In this document: positions 27,446-40,386 of the stretch, one piece after another
Layout: the number at the start of each line of letters is the position of its first letter
Numbering within the stretch: position 1 is the stretch's first letter
From: Octopus sinensis
Taxonomy: Eukaryota
Reading direction: 5' to 3'
NCBI RefSeq assembly: GCF_006345805.1
Contig: NC_043002.1
Coordinates: 24,242,001 to 24,306,000, forward strand
Length of the DNA: 64,000 nt
Notes under the pieces: generated by a model
The model's database searches: none
The model's input: only the letters and a program-made list of their open reading frames with translations
Told to the model about the DNA's origin: nothing
Program-made: the position numbers and the translations under genes

Positions 27446-28136
27446 TGTGTGTGTGTATATATAACAATAAGAAATTAAAACAATGTGCTCATTGTTGTTT
27501 GGGAGAGAGCTAGAAAGAAGTGGGACAAAAAAAAAATGACAAAAATGGTTTTCTGGTTTTTAAAATATGTGTATATGTATAAACTCTTAATACCTTGGTA
27601 TAAATGTAATGAATAGTTGTTCTTGTTTCTTTGATATATATGAAATTATTGCCATTGTCATAATCTCACGTCTATTTTTCCATGCTGGCATGGATTGGAC
27701 GGTTTTGCTCTAACAGAGAGTGTTATGGTCCTGTATTGTCTTTGTGCAGTCCAGCATTTTGAAGGAAACCTCATTCACTACTTCTTCCATGGATCACTTG
27801 CCACTCCACTGACCAATTGTCGTCCTCCATACCAATTGTCCTTCTTCCGTTCACTCTTGTACATTATAGCTGATTCCTCTGATAATCAATACCAATATAC
27901 AGTCATTCAGTCATTTTTACATCTGTTTTCTGATGCTAGCATGGGTTAGACATATGTATTACTGACGCACTGTTTTACAGCCAGATGCCCTTCTTCTTAC
28001 TGACCTTACTTGCACATAAGGAATCTCCCATTCCATACAGCTTCAGAAGTGCAAAACTAGTGGATGATCCATTGACAGGAAATAACAGCAATGTCATTAA
28101 GTGAATTTTCAGAGAAATGCTAATGTAAACAAGCAC

Positions 28137-28171
<35 letters not shown>

Positions 28172-29130
28172 CCTCGTCATCATCATCATTTAATGACATG
28201 CTTGCATGTGTCAGAAAGAACTTATAGAGGCAGATTCTCTCTGGATGGATACCATTCCGGTCACTAACCCATGTATCCAAGCAAGTAAGTAGTTTCCCAC
28301 ACCCAGATGTGTTTTTGCTGGAAGACTGAAAATGAACAGCATCACTTGTATGATGATGTTCATTTACAATCATCACATGCTATCAGGTTATGGGTACACA
28401 CATACAAAAGGGACTTCTTTCAGTTTCCATCTAACAAATCCACTTACAAGGCTTTGGGTCAGATTGGGCTTGAGTTGAAGACACCTAAAGTGTCACACAG
28501 TGCAACTGAACTCAAGACCATGTGGTTGAGAGGCAAACTTCTTAAGGACAGTGCTATGCTTGTGCTTCAACCAACCTTTACAACAAAATTGTATATAAAT
28601 ATCCTGGACGAACAACAAATTCAATTCTCTACAATATTCAGCAGGAAATAAATGTGTATTAAAGTTAGGTGCCAAAATTATTTTTAATAACTTCTGAAAA
28701 TTTCAGATGCAAAGAAGAATCGATTTCCCAGATATAGTGGGAGGTGTTGAAAGTATACTTTTATATTCCGTTTTGTTTATGGAAAATAGCTAATGAGAGA
28801 AACACAATCTTACAGAATCTTAGAAGGGTACTGTACATAGATAAAATTGCATGAATATACAATTGCTGCACACATATGTTTTCAGAATTTGTTTGCAAAT
28901 GAAAGCAGTCTTTTCAACAAATTGGAGATTATTACATAAAAATATAGAGATATATTTAGATATAGACATAACTTATATTAAAACATGAAAAATTTTGACA
29001 TAGTAATATCAGAAAGAATAAATGCAGTTTATAACAAAAATATAATTAAAAAAATATGTAATAAATATATTCTGAAGCAAAAGATGGTTTTTATCTTTCT
29101 AGAATCTTCAGCAGAAAATAAATTACTGAT

Positions 29131-29171
<41 letters not shown>

Positions 29172-29483
29172 CATATATTTACACACACACCTCATCCCTT
29201 AATATAAAGATGTCCCTCTTTCATGTATGTTTGTAGTACTGCAAGCCACATGGTGACCTCACTTGTGCTCATGGCAAAAAAAAAAGAAAAAGAAAAAAAG
29301 AACTCAGAACACATTGTAATGTGGTTGGCATCAGGAAGGGCATTCAGCCATAGACATCATGCCAAAGCAGACACTGAAGCACAATAGAGTCCTTGGGCCA
29401 ATCAGATCCTGTCAAACTATCCAATCCATGCAAACATGGAACATGGTTGTTAACTGATGATGATGATGATGATAATGCGTGTA

Positions 29484-29530
<47 letters not shown>

Positions 29531-29550
29531 GAGAAAGAGAGAGAGAGAAA

Positions 29551-29585
<35 letters not shown>

Positions 29586-30358
29586 TGCCCTTGTTCCTCT
29601 TTCATGCTAGATTATACTCTGTCATTGCTATCTGTTCTATTCCCCCTCTTGATTATATTTGCCTTGAATGAATATAAATATAGAGATGCGAGCACTTTTT
29701 AATCATGTGAGTACAAAGCAGCCTCACTAATACTCCTGCTATGACAAAATGCACCAAATTAACCCTGCAAAGTGGTTGTCAAAAGAGTGAAGTCAATGTA
29801 GGGCTTAGAGGACCCTTTAGTCTTACTGAGAATATGATTACTTCGCTAATGCTGATGCCATGGAAAAAGTACCGAGTACACTTTGTGAAAGTGGTTTGTG
29901 TTAGGGAGGGCATCCAACCTTAGAAACTATGCCCACAATGGAATGTACACATGAACTATGTTCCCTTGACCTGCTTAGAACGGTAATAATTCTGAATGAG
30001 AATTGAGCCCGCGATGATTCATTCAATTTTTGCTAGTAGGGAAGCTCGTCATAAAATAGAGATGGTGATGATGGTGATAGTGGAGTGTGCATGTGTGTAT
30101 AATATATAGTAACAGGATACCTGGTGTTACCAGGGAAAGATGACTGATGCTGAGACTAATTTAATGGAGAATTCTTAAAAAGGAATCATGGCAATTCTGT
30201 ATAATGTTAATATTTAGACAAATATAATTCAAAATGGTCTTCTGGCAAAGCCTAAACAAACAATTCTCAGATTTTGTACCTTGAGTATGGACGTAAAAGA
30301 TTGTTCTTGCTTCCAGCAATATCTAAGGTAGAGCTAACACAATATATATATATATATA

Positions 30359-31098
30359 CAGTAATCACTTGCCATATCACGGTTCACCTATTACACCCTC
30401 AGTACATCGTGAATTTTTCTGGTTAATATATGTAAATTTATATTGCGGATTCCTCAGTATATTGCGGGTTTCTGCGGCTGATAAATATTCATAATTTTTT
30501 AAATTTTAATTATTTCTGTGGTAAAATAAGTATTTTCATGCCTAAAAATTAATAAATACAAATGCAATACAGTACTGCACTGTATATAATACATTAATTA
30601 AAATATAGTAAAAGAAAATACAGAGTGTAACATAGATGAGTGAGTGGAGGCACATGGCCTAGTGGTTAGAGTAGTGGACTTGCGATTGAGGGATTCTCGG
30701 GTTCGAATCTCAGACTGGACGATGTGTGTGTTTATGAGCAAAACACCTAAGCTCCACTCAGCTCTGGCAGAAGGTAATAGCGAACTTTTGCCACAACTTT
30801 CTCTTACTCTTTCCTCCTGCATCTTGCAACTCACCTGCGACGGACCAGCATCCCGTCCAGGTGGGGAACCTATATGCCAAGGAAACAGGCCCTAATGAGC
30901 CAGGCGTGGCTCGAGAAGGAACAAACAACCATAGATGAGCAGATAAAGTATTGTACATACTGTATTGAAAATGAAACTTGGGAGGCAAGTGTGTGGTGTT
31001 GTTTGGCATTTATAATGAAATAAATATATACAAATTATAAAAATATTAAAAAAAATATACAGTACAGTACTGTTTCTACTTCGTAGATATCCACCTAC
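30359..31098. mobile_element. Tigger/pogo-like MITE remnant interrupted by the SINE
   Basis: TA followed by CAGTAATCACTTGCCATATCACGGTTCACC resembles Tigger-type ends. Right TIR not seen. Confidence 0.55.
30641..30929 (+). mobile_element. tRNA-derived SINE with a perfect 10 bp TSD
   Basis: A box TGGCCTAGTGG and B box GGTTCGAATC. CATAGATGAG at 30631-30640 and 30930-30939; (AAC)-type tail. Confidence 0.88.
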
Positions 31099-33198
31099 AG
31101 AAGAAAAAAAGCTTTACTTTTGTGAGTGAAGAATATTAGTGAGACACATGGAGAGGCAAGAGGAATGCAGCAGAAGTGAATGTAAAGCATATAAATGGAA
31201 GGGAGAAAGAAGAAAAATTGAAGAAAGATTAGAGAAAACTAATTACAATAAAACACTGATAAAAACTTTTAATAAATATAAAATAGATAAATAAAAATAC
31301 AATACTGACGAAAAATTCAGGAAGTTACACAAAGGATGGGGAAACAGAAATGCGCATAGTATGGTGAGGAACTGATAAACAAGAACTGGTAAGATGGTGC
31401 ACTTAGAAAGTCAACTGAAAGATGAATAGGCATGTGACGGAGTTTAAGGTGTTTATAACAGAAAGGGCTGTAAGCTGGATGAATTATTAGCATGCAGGGT
31501 GAAATGCTTAGCAGTATTCTGTTTGTCTTTACATTCTGAATTCAAATTGCACCAAGTTTAACTTTTCCTTTCAGAGTAAAAGACATAAGTACCAGTTGAA
31601 CACTGGGTCAATGTAATCAACTTAACTATGCCTGGGTAAGAACTTTCATCCTGTACTGGACTGAATATAGGCAACTGAATCCAAACCAGTAACAGAAAGG
31701 GAGGAAAAAGAGCATCTTGAGAATCCAAAGATGCTGAGAATACACACACACACAACCTTTTTTATTAGCTGTAAAGCCATGTAACTTATGGCTAAATAAA
31801 GATATATTTACTATAGAATATTGAGTTCTATTTCTCCTGTTTGAATTATCAAACCTATATATATAGATGTGTGTATGTATATAGAGAGAGGGGGGAGAGA
31901 AGGGAGGAAGAAAAAGAGAAAGAGAGATGGATGCAGGCATGACTATGAAATTAAGAAGTTTGATACCCAACCATGTAATGTGATTCTGGGTTCAGTCTCA
32001 CTGCATAGCACCTTGGGCACATGTCTCTCACTATAGCTTCAAGTTGACCAAAACCTTGTGAATGAAATTTGGCAGATAAAAACTGTATGTGAGTCAATCT
32101 TATATGTGCGTATATGTGTATTTCTCTGTTTGCATCATCACACTGACACTGCTCAGGCATTGGTAATGCTTGCTTATATCTTGTTGCTCAGCAGTTCAAA
32201 ATGTAAATTTCAATGGATTAAAATATCCTTCTTGGAAACAAGGCTTGACAGCAGGAAAGTTGTCTCGTTGTAGAATGCTGCCTCAAGAAATCTCATCTAA
32301 CTCATGCCAGCATAATAAAAGTGGATGTAAAAATGATGATGATATTATCATGTGTATCTCAGTTTATAAAATAGGTACACTGTATTCCTTTTGTGTCATA
32401 ATAACCTGCTGTGCTTGAGGAGACCTATTGAGTCAAGTACATCAAGATCAAAATAAAAATCAAATGGAAATTGTAGTTGTGATACTCGTGCTGGTGGCAT
32501 GTAAAAAGCACCCACTACACTCACGGAGTGGTTGGCGTTAGGAAGGGCATCCAGCAGTAGAAACACTGCCAGATCAGACTGGAACCTGGTGCAGCCTCCT
32601 GGCTTCCCAGACCCCGGTTGAACTGTCTAACCCATGCTAGTATGGAAAACAGACGATAAATGATGATGATGATGATGATGATGATATATATATATATATA
32701 TATGGGAAGAAGAAAATGGAGGGGATCCAGAGGTATTATGCATCAACTGATAGACATTATATTGTCTATTTATTTTAAACAATTCTGAGAATATATATGT
32801 CTTAAATATTTTCTTTAAAGCCAAAACAATGCAAAGTATGAAAAATTAATAATACAGGTCAATAGTTAGTACTATTATCTGGTATTTTAATATTTCAGGG
32901 TTAGGACCTTTTCTTCAAGAAATAAACAGAGTAATGTCATTAATAGCTGATTTCTCTACTTTGTAGTGTGTGTGTGTGAGAAAAATTGTTTTGTGTTGCT
33001 ATGGTACCCGACCAGCTGTGTGTAGTTCAGGTCTGTTATTAATTCATGGGAACTACTTGTTAATTAAAATAGCTTCCCTTATTCTCAAGTTACCAATGTT
33101 TCTTTCTGTAGCTTCAATGGAAACTTGGATGTCTTGGGTGTGGCATTTCCATAGGTGTTATTTGATGAGTGAACCTTTAGCATAGAGGTGTTCCTTAA

Positions 33199-34033
33199 CC
33201 CTTTCAACCTGGAATTTTTTTCTCAAGATTTGCATATATTTTCTCTAAAATTTTGGTAAAACTATATAGTGTAGATGCTTATTAGATGGTTTATTATGGT
33301 ATCAGTTATGTGGACACTATTTTTAGTCTGGTACACATTTGTACCATTTGGGTCTTTTAATCTACCATGCATGTACCAATGTATTTAGATGAAGTACCAT
33401 GTACATACCAGTTGTATCAAAATACTGCGTGAATCTTGCAAAAAAAAAATAATTTAAAATTCAATTATTAGGGAGTAATACGAAAGTTAATTGAAAAAAT
33501 TGTATGTGTATGTTTGATTCACAACAAGTAGTTTCTCTATAGAACAGTTTTATAACACAACTGGTACAATCTTAGCTATACAACAAATTACAACGGTACA
33601 AGTGCATACCTATACAAAACCACAACGGTACAGGTGTGTACCAGTCAAAATTATTTACTTTTAGAAATATGTATTGCAACATTGTTGCAAGAATATTACT
33701 ATCCAATGCTTATAAACTATGCACAATATGTTTATGATTAAGTAAATATGTTTACAGTGAAGAAAATGTTATGAATAACTTACCAAAACATGAGAACCAA
33801 TAATAAACACTTAAAAACAGTCGGTAATAGCGCGGGAGTGGGGGTGGGGTGAATGCATGCAAGCTTTTGAATAGTCATTATAGTGTCATACATTCCAATT
33901 ATATGCCAGGTGCTACATACTTACTAGAAAAACCAGTGTGGTATTATACTGCATCACATAGAATGGGAATTTTAAAGATGTGGGTTGTAAAATTTTTGAC
34001 TGGTACAAATATGTACCAGCTGGGCCGAAGGGG
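33199..34033. mobile_element. piggyBac-like non-autonomous element
   Basis: TTAA-CCCTTTCAACCTGG on the left; the right end reads CCCCTTCGGCCCAG in reverse complement and is followed by CTAA. All five TIR mismatches are transitions. Confidence 0.55.
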
Positions 34034-34412
34034 CTAAGCCATAAGTAAACTAGTCTTATGGTACTTTTGATGTAGAATTTATTACATTTGCTACACATGG
34101 TTTTATGTCTTTGGTACTACATGGTGTATAAAATCACATGTAAGAAATGTAATGAATTTTACACTGGAATTACCATCAAATTCACATATAGATTAAAGCA
34201 AATTGCGACAACCTCTTGACCTCCTCCCGTTAGATTCAGTGGAACATTTAGGATGTAACAGCTGGAGAGAAAGAAGACTGCACAAGCACTGACCTATATG
34301 TATTGACTCTGAAAGCTGGCCTTGGTGTATGATTTGAATGAAAGCGTTAGAACAAATAATGCCACAAATCCTTTTGACTTTTTAATGACTCTGGTAACCG
34401 ACCACGCATATA

Positions 34413-34448
<36 letters not shown>

Positions 34449-34589
34449 CACACACATGTATACATATATATATATATATCTTATATTTTACTTGTTTCAG
34501 TTACTGGACTGTAGTCATGCTGAGCACATCATTAAAGCAAACATGCTCCAGTTGATGTGCAATGTATTTGTGCATGCGTGCATGAAAAA

Positions 34590-34860
34590 ATCAGTACAAA
34601 GGTGCTGAGTGAAAAACTGGGCACAAGAGGAAGCAGATGTTGCGTTTGAGAAAGAAGACTGTGCTGGTATGGACATGTGATGCATATAGATGAGGACAGC
34701 TGTATAAAGAAGTGCTGATCCTAAATGTGGCTAGAACTTGCAGAAGAGGGAAATGCAGAAAAACATGGCTGACTTTAGGACCTTGGGCTTGATGAAAGAG
34801 ATGATTAAAGACTGGGATCTCTGGCAATCTTGAAAAGACTCATAGTCTTCAACAAAACTG
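34590..34860 (+). mobile_element. RTE-clade LINE 3' remnant, same family as 20.5 kb
   Basis: Nucleotide similarity to the reverse complement of 20.5-20.7 kb (GAAAGAAGACT...GATGAGGACAGCTGTATAAAGAA). Confidence 0.72.
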
Positions 34861-35980
34861 AGTTCAGGAAGTTCTATGTTTTGTGCTCTCCAGTTTCATT
34901 ACAGTGACTCTCTGCTCACCTCTCATGTATTATGCTTACCCCTTCTCTCTCCCTTCACCTCTAGAGACAACCCAACCATATCATCTCCTCTTGTCCTCCC
35001 CCTGGTAACTGCATCATCTCAATACTCTTGCCACTTGCCTCACCCCCACTCTCTCTTCTGTATCCCCTATCTTCTCCAGTTTATTGTTCTTGTTCAACCA
35101 CACTATCCATTTTGGCCATCTGCCTGCTATCCCCACATTCTCCTTCCATACAATCTTACTAACTGATCCCTCACTTCTACTCAGCTTGAGTCTTGTGGGG
35201 CCACCTGATCACCTTATTGCCATTATCTATCTCTGGCAGCTCTTACTAGTCACTTTCTCTTTCTGTCCCCCACCCCCTTCCTCTACTAGGTGTGAGTAGG
35301 CATGCAGATCCCTCTACAAGAACCTGCTCTAGCCCTTCCCTTCTCATAGTAATCCCCTTATCCCCTAGCAGGAAGCTGACCCCCATCACCACCACCACCA
35401 CCACCATCAACGCACAGTTTGTAGTCATGTGAACTGCATGGCAACCGCAATAGTGTAGATGGCAGGAAGAAAGTAGTCAGTGAAGTGATGGGCATTAGGA
35501 AGGGCATGCAGCTGCAGAAACCATGCCAAAGCAGACAACAGAGCTCAATGCAGTCCTTGGATACACTGGATCCTGTAAAACTGTTCAACCCATGCTAGCA
35601 TAGAACATGGAAGTATAATGATGATGATGATTATATATATATATTCTCTTACTTGCTTCTGTCATTTGAATGCGGCCTTACTGGAGCACTGCCTTAAAGG
35701 GTTTTAGTTGAAGAAATCGATTTGCATGCCTAGCACTTATTCTATTGGTCTCTTTTGCCGTACCACTAAGTTACAGAGATGTAAACACACCAACATTGAT
35801 TGTTAAGTGATGGTTGGAGGACAAACACAGACACACAATGGACTTCTTTCAGTTTCCATCTACCAAATCCACTCACAAGGCTTTGGGTGGACCAAGGCTA
35901 TAGCAGAAGACACTTGCCCAAGGACTGAACCCAGAACCATGTGGTTGGGAAGCAAGCTTCTTACCACAGACATGCCTGCA

Positions 35981-36022
<42 letters not shown>

Positions 36023-36479
36023 GTGCACACAATATACAGACATCCGAGTTTCTCTACCAATCTAACTATCTTGAGACTCTTCTATTTTCTCTCAATCTCT
36101 CTTTTTCTTTCCTCATTTTCATGTCTCTCTTTTTATCCAGCTCTTTCATACTTCCCCTTCCTCTCCTTTCCTTTCTTACTACTTACTCTACCCACCCATG
36201 TAGGTGAGATAAGTGTGAAATGATGCCAAAGAGTTAATGTTCTGAAATCATTCTTACAGGTGTGTGATGGGTGAGGGGTATTGTGAAGAGAGAGACAATG
36301 GAGGTGTAAACTGAGAGGGGGGTGGGCTGGAGATGTCAACTTAAGTGTTTATCTGTCTGTGTTCATCTATAAATGACATTCCTGTGACATTTAGTCATCT
36401 ATCACTAGTTGTGTGTGTATGTGTGCATGTGTGTGTGTGTGTATGTGTAAGTGTGAATGCATGCGTGAGTGAGTGTGAA

Positions 36480-36522
<43 letters not shown>

Positions 36523-38058
36523 GAGTGAGAGAGTATATATCTGAATGTATGAATGCAGTATGCACAGATGTGTGTTTAGGATAAATATGTATGAACATAT
36601 GTATAACTGTGTGTGTATGTATAGATACATGTCATACAGCTATATCACAAACACATCCATACACAAAAGCACAGCATGCATCAGAACCAGATAGACACAT
36701 AAATATCACATCACAAATACATACATTCTACACACAAGACCTCATATACACATACACACGCCCACAGTTCACAAAATTTCACCACTGCCACACAAACATA
36801 CAAACACTTCCACACATAAAAACATACCATATGTCAGAGACAGACACATACTTAAACACGTATCACACCACAAACACACTCCAACATACAAACACATCAC
36901 CGTCTCACACACGCAGCAGAATCTTATATATGTAATACAGTGAGTTGGAAAACTTTGATTAATTGATATTATACTTACAATCAACAAACAAAAAAACTCC
37001 TAATGGTAGGGTGTTTAATAATTAGATAAATAAATAAAAACAAGTGCATGGGGTAGCTCTACTAACTGAAATTTTTGGAAAGTAAAGACAATACAGATGG
37101 GAGCCACTTTTGTTTTTAAACACAATTATAAAAGTAACAAACATGTTTCAGTATTATTATAGCTCCTCAGCATAGCATATTCTACTTAGTTGGCAAAACC
37201 TAGAGGTGATCAGTATATAATTGTCCTGGAAAAGACATTAAATGGCATTTGATGGTGTGGCTCCAGATTAGGAGCACTGGGGTTAATCCTTAGTCACTAC
37301 ATTTCCAGTTCTGCTCTTCCCCAGGGTGACTATCTAACCTATAACTAGGGTTCTATCAAGGAGATTAGTAATAAGACAAATAGCAGAAGATGGTCCCGTG
37401 GATAACAAATACAGGTTTCAGAGGCAGGTTGGTCCCCAAGACAAGTGTTGCATAGACCCAGTGATATACAGAGGAGCACTGATATTACATGAACTGGTCC
37501 TCCTGCTAAGGGTTAAGGACCTGTGCCTCAAGGATAAGTTAGGGAGAACAAGAGATTAGTGGAGTAAACAGTCAGCAAACAGAAGGCAAAGGAAAACAAT
37601 AAACAATTCCTGTACCTTTCTCAAGAAAAACCAGGAATCTTTAGACTTTGGAATGGGGAGGTCATTATCACTGATACCTGTAGATACAGCACATGGATTA
37701 TGAATATCAACAGTATGGTTGAGGGGAAAGTATTTCAGAGGAGTGTTCGTGTGTACTAAATACAAATATATTGGTTTCATATAGGTTATGTACTGAGTTG
37801 AGAAACTTACGATAGTCTTGCTAATTTCATTAGCAAGAATTAGAAATGAACAATACACATAAGACACTTCTCTCTCTCTCTTTATATATATATATATGGA
37901 ATGTAGTAATGTTAATTATGAATGTCAATGCAACTTCTTCAGCTCACTATATTACATATGTAAGACTACCATATGTGTTATTTAGCATGCAGATTCTCCC
38001 CAGAGGTACTTTTTTCTCAGCCATATTGTTTGCACACACACATACACACACACACACA

Positions 38059-38092
<34 letters not shown>

Positions 38093-40118
38093 ACTGGTCA
38101 TTTGGTTAGAAATAATATTGTCACAGCATAGGAGGGCCGATTAGGTCTAGGGGTTGAAATGAGGTGGATAAGTGAGCACCACCAAGGGCCATTGAGAGTT
38201 ACGAGGGGGAGAGGCAAGAGGGAGCATGCAGGAGATGTAGAATTCACACAAATACACAAAAAACATTGATATACAGACAAAACAGATGATACAGAAAAAA
38301 AACTCATACATGATACACATGCATGTTTTAACAGAGAGTGGGGGGGGGGAGAAATAAAATACATTTAGGAACAAATACATACTTACACAAGCTAACATAA
38401 ACCAAGTGTGAATGGTAGAGAAAGACAGAGAGAAAGAAAAATGGAAACAAAGGGAGGCGGAAATATAACAAACACACACTCAAAGAGAGAGAGAGAGAGA
38501 CCGGGAGGGACAGAATGAGACATATGACAGAGAGAGAAGGGAGAAGAGGGTGACTGCAATAGATAGAGAGATCCTGGGGGCGGCAAAGAGAAAGAGACAG
38601 ATAGAAAAAGGAAGAGAGAAGAAAGGGAACCGACTCACTCCACCTCCATCATAAGAAGTGCTGGGGTGGACGTGGGGGAACCGTGTATGTAAATATTTTC
38701 AGTATTGGGTGTCCTTACAGGGCAAACATCCGGAGGGTGGTGGTGGAGTTTGTGTTAAAAGTGGATGGAGGGAGAGGTGGGGGAAAGGGAGTAGCTAGGA
38801 AGTACGAACAGCAGACACATCCTGTCTCCATACACACTGCTGACTTGCAGGATTGAACTTGGTGTCTGCTACAGGTTTTACTGGCTTCACCTGGCCACCA
38901 CCTTCAACCTGTATACACAGCATACAATGTTCTATGCCATCAGGTGCTACCCAGAATAGTACAAAGAGGAAGGAGTTCAAAACATCCCATTTCCTTTGTA
39001 GAATTGTGGAAGGGGTTATGGTAGGGTACAAAAAAAATGATGTTATAAATGAAGGTGAATGGTGGGGGATGTCAGTAGCTGGAGCACTGCATAATTGATG
39101 AGTGTTTCATTGGCTCACCTTACTGAGCCCAAAGAGCAAAACATTGGCAAAACTCACTAATTCATTATTAATTTTAAGTTATATGGAGAGAGGGAGGAAA
39201 TGTTAGTTTACAGCTGTAGGTAGCAGGAGCACTACATAATAGATGAATGTTTCAATGGCTTGCACTGTTAAGTTCAACGGGAATAAATAAATGATGCAAC
39301 AACAGTATAAATGCTAAACACAATGGTGTTCCACTCTTATCTATAAGAGGGAATCTAACAGGATCACTATGTGAAAACACTTAAAAAAACTTCTATTAAC
39401 TGTTCTTATATTAAAAAGTTGTTAAGATTAATATCATAATAGGGCAGTGGATTAGCAGAATCAGTGTCCTCTCACTGAGCCCCATGTTCAAATCCAAACT
39501 TTGTCTTTCATATATTTGGTGTTCATGTTGGATAACTTCAAATGGACCCAGGTCAATTTTGCCATTTATTCTTGAAGGGTGGGGGATAAAAAAAATTACC
39601 AATCCATGGCAGTGGGTTAACAGAAGTATAAGATAATTGGATTAGATGCCTTGTAATATTTGTTCTGGCTCTTTGTATTCTGAATTCAAATCCTGCAATG
39701 GCCACTTGGGTGGAAGAGTTAATCTGTCACCTGGTTTAAAACCATCACCTTGTATACTGGGTGCCCTTAGTCCACTATATTGCATGCATTTAGGTCAGGG
39801 CTTTGGTTTAAGGATACTTTCTCCTCTTCCACCTGCTAATCTCAGATGCTCTGTAAAGGGTCATGGGCACTACCTCCCCTCCTGACTAAAAGATAGAAAT
39901 ATGGCATTTTGACTGGATGATCCTGTTTTTTTTTAGGGATATTTAGCATGACATTTTCTAATGTACCTTCTTGTATTTAAGATTTTGGAGTATGATTTAA
40001 GAAAGACCTGACTGCTATTTCTAGCAGGCTGAGTGATCACATAGACAGGTCCTAAGTTTAGTTCAGTAAACTATGTCTGCTTCTAGCAATCTATGACCCT
40101 TGCCAATAGGACAAATCC

Positions 40119-40119
<1 letters not shown>

Positions 40120-40165
<46 letters not shown>

Positions 40166-40166
40166 G
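40120..40166. repeat. (CTA)n microsatellite
   Basis: Directly visible. Confidence 0.95.
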
Positions 40167-40353
40167 CTGCCGTTGTGGTGAAGAGCAGGCAGAATCATTA
40201 TGTTCTGAGTTCAAATTCTACTGAGGTTGATTTTGTCTTTCATCCTTTTGGGTTCGTTTAAATAAGTACCAGTTATGTACGGAGGGGGGGGGTCGATGTA
40301 ATTGACTATCCCCCTCCCCCAAAATTTCATGCCTTGTGCCTATAGTAGAAAGG

Positions 40354-40386
<33 letters not shown>

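Noticed and set aside
30641-30720. tRNA-like A/B boxes here and in the other SINE heads
   Set aside because: No complete cloverleaf or acceptor stem. Each continues into a SINE body, and this one has a TSD.
32899-32930. Plus-strand 32 nt micro-exon candidate (TTTCAG|...AGA|GTAATG)
   Set aside because: No supporting plus-strand gene in this interval, a modest donor, and a length not divisible by 3.
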